A DNA stretch of 63,984 bases, filler included, from Lenisia limosa (Eukaryota > Protista > Breviatea), in assembly GCA_001655205.1 (NCBI GenBank). It is 16 parts of 16 records of this genome, joined end to end, with 100 filler letters (N's around TTAATTAATTAA, not from the genome) between each part and the next. Parts side by side here need not be neighbours in the genome. Positions count along the whole stretch, not along the records: positions 59,671 to 62,779 come from LPNZ01009172.1; positions 62,880 to 63,984 come from LPNZ01008403.1; 14 more parts are not named here. One strand, written 5' to 3'. Positions 60,290 through 63,984 of this stretch are shown here, piece by piece. Both the position numbers and the translations under genes were made by a program. Below the pieces are notes generated by a model. It was given only the letters and a program-made list of their open reading frames with translations, did not search any database and had not been told where the DNA came from. Within the stretch, counting starts at the first letter, position 1. Every line of letters starts with the position of its first letter.

Positions 60290-62600
60290 AGCATGCACAA
60301 CTCTCCTCCCCAAACATGGTAGTAACCGGTTGCACAGGTGCACTTGTTTTCTTGCGTAGCTGGCAGGTCATCCTGTCCGACAATGCTGTTGGCAGGGCAA
60401 GACACACACGGGGTTCGTCCTATGGTTGCTTTGTACTCGTACGCAGCGCAAGCCACACATGTCAAGCCGTCTGAACACATTATTTATGGGTATTATTGCT
60501 TCACTTCGGTTCGAAAAAAGACTGAATATCTCAATAAATCCTCGAAAACGATCGGTATTTCCCCGGTTTTTTTGGAACCGATGTGAGCCACTAACTATGG
60601 GTAATGTACATAAAATATGTAGTATGCACACTATGCACTAAAATATGTAGGAATGAAGCCGTACTAGGTACACAAACCTTCAAATATGCCGTAGCCTTGT
60701 TTGCACTCGCACGAAGCCTGCGAAGTCAAAGGGGTATGAGGGGTTTTTTCAAGAAAATACAGAAAAAAAATGATTAGCATAATATTATATTACTAGCTGA
60801 GGAATAAAACAAGGTTAAATATGGCTGAAGCCGTCCTCACCATACATCGCAATGAAAAATAAAAAAACAACGTCACCATCACACTTATAAGCGAGATTAG
60901 ATTACAGTAGAGTATTAATTCACCCACTTGGCCATCAACTTCACTCAGAACGGAATTGAGGGGACATTTACACTGATCTCTGGAAATCGGCACAACCTAC
61001 GGGGGAATTATCAAGTAAGTTACGGGGGAATGATCAAGGAACCTACGGCGAGTTTTAAGAAACAAGAAAAAACCCGAATAAACTCGGATCACCTATTCCC
61101 CACGTTATTATTCGGGTCATTATCGCTGTTTTCTGGGATGCTGGCGTAGAGTGGACATGACTGACATGGATCGTTACCTGCTGTGGGCTGGGGAGGAGGG
61201 GGTTAATCTGTTTTGTTTGTATTTTTATTTTATTACGTATTACAATATTTCTCATTTCAATATTATTAGTGGGGGGTAAAGAATCAATTCACGCACCATC
61301 AAGATATAAAAAAGTATATTATTAATAATTAGTTCCCACCTTGAAGGAAGAGGAGCCGCAGAGAGTACAGGTGGATCCGTCCATTTCATAGCCTGCCTGA
61401 CATTCACAGAAGAGACTCACAACAGTTCCCTTTAAAATAAGTAAATTTCCTCTGAAATCGTGAGAAAATTTCCCTAAAATCTTCCAAAGGTACTCCCTAA
61501 ATAATCATGAGCATAATACAACTCTATACACATAGCTTTCTGCGTGCCTCTTACAGTAAGGGCTTCACTTCGGTTCGAAAAAGACCGTTAAAATATCGAT
61601 AGTTTTCGAGGATTTATCGAGAAATTCAGTCTTTTTTCAAACCGAAGTGAAATATCAAAACCTCCATACCCCTCCAGAGTCAATCTCTGACGACATCAGT
61701 AGCGCATTGGCTCCACATATGCAACTCGAAGAATTGGTGGACGTTGAATTGGAAACAGAGCCCAGAGGGCAGGCAAGGCACGACGAGAACTGCGGGGGGG
61801 GGGGGNNNNNNNNNNNNNNNNNNNNNNNNNNNNNNNNNNNNNNNNNNNNNNNNNNNNNNNNNNNNNNNNNNNAAAAATAATACATATCTGTATGTACATT
61901 AAATGAAATCTAGGGGAACACCTTACCCCGGCCTTTCCTTCGAATTCGTTATACGTATCAGCGGGGCAGGAGACGCAAACAGACTCCGAAGCAAATGTGC
62001 CTGCAGAAGTGAGGAAGGTGTTTTTACAACAAAAATCAAGGGGAACAGGTAAATGCATAGGAGCCACAAAATCATATTATACCTAGCGCTTCAATTTCGG
62101 AACAAAAAAGATCAAATCCTAGATAAATCCTCGAAAATCCTAAATAAATACTCGATAAATCTTCGATAAATCCTCAATAAATATCGATATTTTAACAGTC
62201 TATTGGAACCAAAGAAGTTTTAGGTATTCCTCTAAACCTGAATTTTCCTGGGAGTGCTTTTATGTTTGACAAGAATTTTTCCTCAACAGATTTAAACTCT
62301 GAGCAACAACCATGTGAAAAACAATACAACCTACCCCCATTCCCTGCACACCCTACCTGGGGACTGGTGGAGTAAAATTGGAAAATTGAAACAAAAAAAA
62401 ACAATCCCAAAACAACTATATTGGCTGATAACACAAGAGCAAAATCAGCTCTTTTGGCTGACAAAGCCCAGGCCAGTCGCTTCTACAACACCGCATCCCA
62501 TCCACTTTCCAATCAACACCTTACCTGGGGGGCACGGTGTACAGAAGTCCGTAACTTGGTCGAACTGCGTTCCATTAACCCTGGAGTGATGTTAGAATAA
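60290..62600 (-). CDS. Second Cys-rich surface protein gene (GCC2-GCC3-like repeats), multi-exon fragment
   Basis: VNGTQFDQVTDFCTPCPP-GTFASESVCVSCPADTYNE, CLACPLGSVSNSTSTNSSSCIC, SCECQAGYEMDGSTCTLC, CVACAAYEYKATIGRTPCVSCPANS...KCTCATGYY. Confidence 0.8.
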
Positions 62601-62879
62601 AATAAGATGTTAGTTGGAATAAAATATGACATTGGAAAAAACAAATACTAGATTAAGCAGTGTGAGAATAGAATACATTTAACATTCCATGCACCTCTCT
62701 CCCTTATCCCCATCATACGAAATACCCCTATAGCCCCCCCTCTACCGCTGGTAGCCAGTCGGACAAACGGTGCATGTGGNNNNNNNNNNNNNNNNNNNNN
62801 NNNNNNNNNNNNNNNNNNNNNNNTTAATTAATTAANNNNNNNNNNNNNNNNNNNNNNNNNNNNNNNNNNNNNNNNNNNN

Positions 62880-63957
62880 AGATACTCTAGAAAATAATCC
62901 GTCATGGAGAAAAGAAGTTGTTGATGGTGGAAGATCAGTGTTTTATAATGAAACAGAGGTAAATATTAATCTTCTTAACCCTTACGAATCAATTCCTTTC
63001 TTAAGTCCCTTAACATTTCCTACTAAAAAGGTTGAAGATGTTCAAATTTCCGTATTCCTGACAACAAATTTTACTTCTTCAAGTGAATGGTACTTAACTG
63101 TATATAGAAATGGGAGTATAATAACTAATTATATGGCTGATTCAGGACTAAGTGTTGGAACAAAATTAGTTTTTACAGATACAGATCAAGCAATTCAATT
63201 TGACTTCAATGATAATGCGGTAACTTTAGATTTAACATTCCAAGGTTCTGAACCATCTAACACTATCAGTTGGTTTTCGATGGAAGGATTAGTAACAAAT
63301 GGTGAGATTATTAGTTTTGATCCAAATGATTTTAAACTAGAACCTATTGAAAATAGAATAACTCCTATTGAAACGAATGTTAGCACATTACAGACAAATA
63401 GATCAATTGACTATTCAAACATTGTTCAAATTATACCTAAGATAAATAAATTACTTGGATACATGCAAGACATTGGAAAAACTGCTAAACAATATTCGAT
63501 AACCGCACAAGCTATTGCTGATGGGACCGGTACTGTGCCTATTCCTTTCGGTTCTAGTGAAGATTTATCTGGTTGGATTGATGCTACAACACATTTAAAC
63601 GAAGGTAAAATATTAATTCTTAAGTCAGGTGTATATTTAATAAATTATAATTTATATTTTGCCAATCCTGATACAACTATTCCACATAGTTTCACTGTAT
63701 CATTACAGAAAAACGCAGAGTCGGCTAGGATATCTCAAGTACGAACATATATTAATGATGTGAATTTTAATGTTTCTGCAAATACAGTATTACAATTAAA
63801 TGTGGATGATAATATTCAAATATTAATAGACCATAATGGAAGAAATAATTTAACTCATGGTGGAGATGCTTACTATCAAAAATCAAGTTTTGAAGTTACA
63901 TTACTGAAGGATGATGCAGTTGTCTATGAGGATGATATTCAAATATTTACTTCGTAA
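62880..63957 (+). CDS. Intronless AT-rich ORF, putative viral/phage fibre-like protein (coiled coil plus C1q/TNF/BclA-like head), N-terminus truncated
   Basis: Frame open from the scaffold edge; heptad-like LEPIENRITPIETNVSTLQTN; C-terminal GKILILKSGVYLINYNLYF...SANTVLQLNVDDNIQILI. Confidence 0.6.
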
Positions 63958-63984
63958 TTTGAAATATAAAATAAATACTAAAAT

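Noticed and set aside
386-62830. Many ORF-track entries with long X runs, and ORFs ending in LIN/N
   Set aside because: They read through N gaps or into the TTAATTAATTAA linker and are artefacts
1-63984. Alternative genetic code (TAR=Gln) or widespread non-canonical splice sites
   Set aside because: Conserved genes stitch without in-frame stops and end at TAG, TAA or TGA; the junctions I could check are GT-AG

Overview
This window is not contiguous DNA. It is about 16 short, gapped scaffolds of an intron-rich eukaryotic (protist-like) genome, joined by artificial N-TTAATTAATTAA-N linkers. Genes were read by stitching GT-AG exons by eye. Recognisable: an archaeal-type alanyl-tRNA synthetase, a PARP1-like catalytic domain, an ABC-F-like ATPase, LUC7, ataxin-2/Pbp1, prolyl oligopeptidase, TFIIE-alpha and two Cys-rich surface-protein genes. 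Also present: a TIR-bounded pogo-like transposon whose transposase appears to contain introns, and an intronless AT-rich ORF resembling a viral fibre with a C1q/TNF-like head. The strongest signal is intron architecture. Many introns begin with G-rich tracts and end with C-tracts, and are built from a few short repeat families. One ~150-bp family (A) was co-oriented with its host gene in every copy I could orient, often supplies the 3' splice-site region, and in two cases sits between duplicated CCAG|GT sites. That makes it a candidate intron-generating (introner-like) element. Several hAT-type MITEs with 8-bp TSDs and Tc1-type hairpin MITEs are also present. Exon coordinates are approximate, no database search was possible, and the taxonomic suggestion (anaerobic metamonad-like) is inference only.
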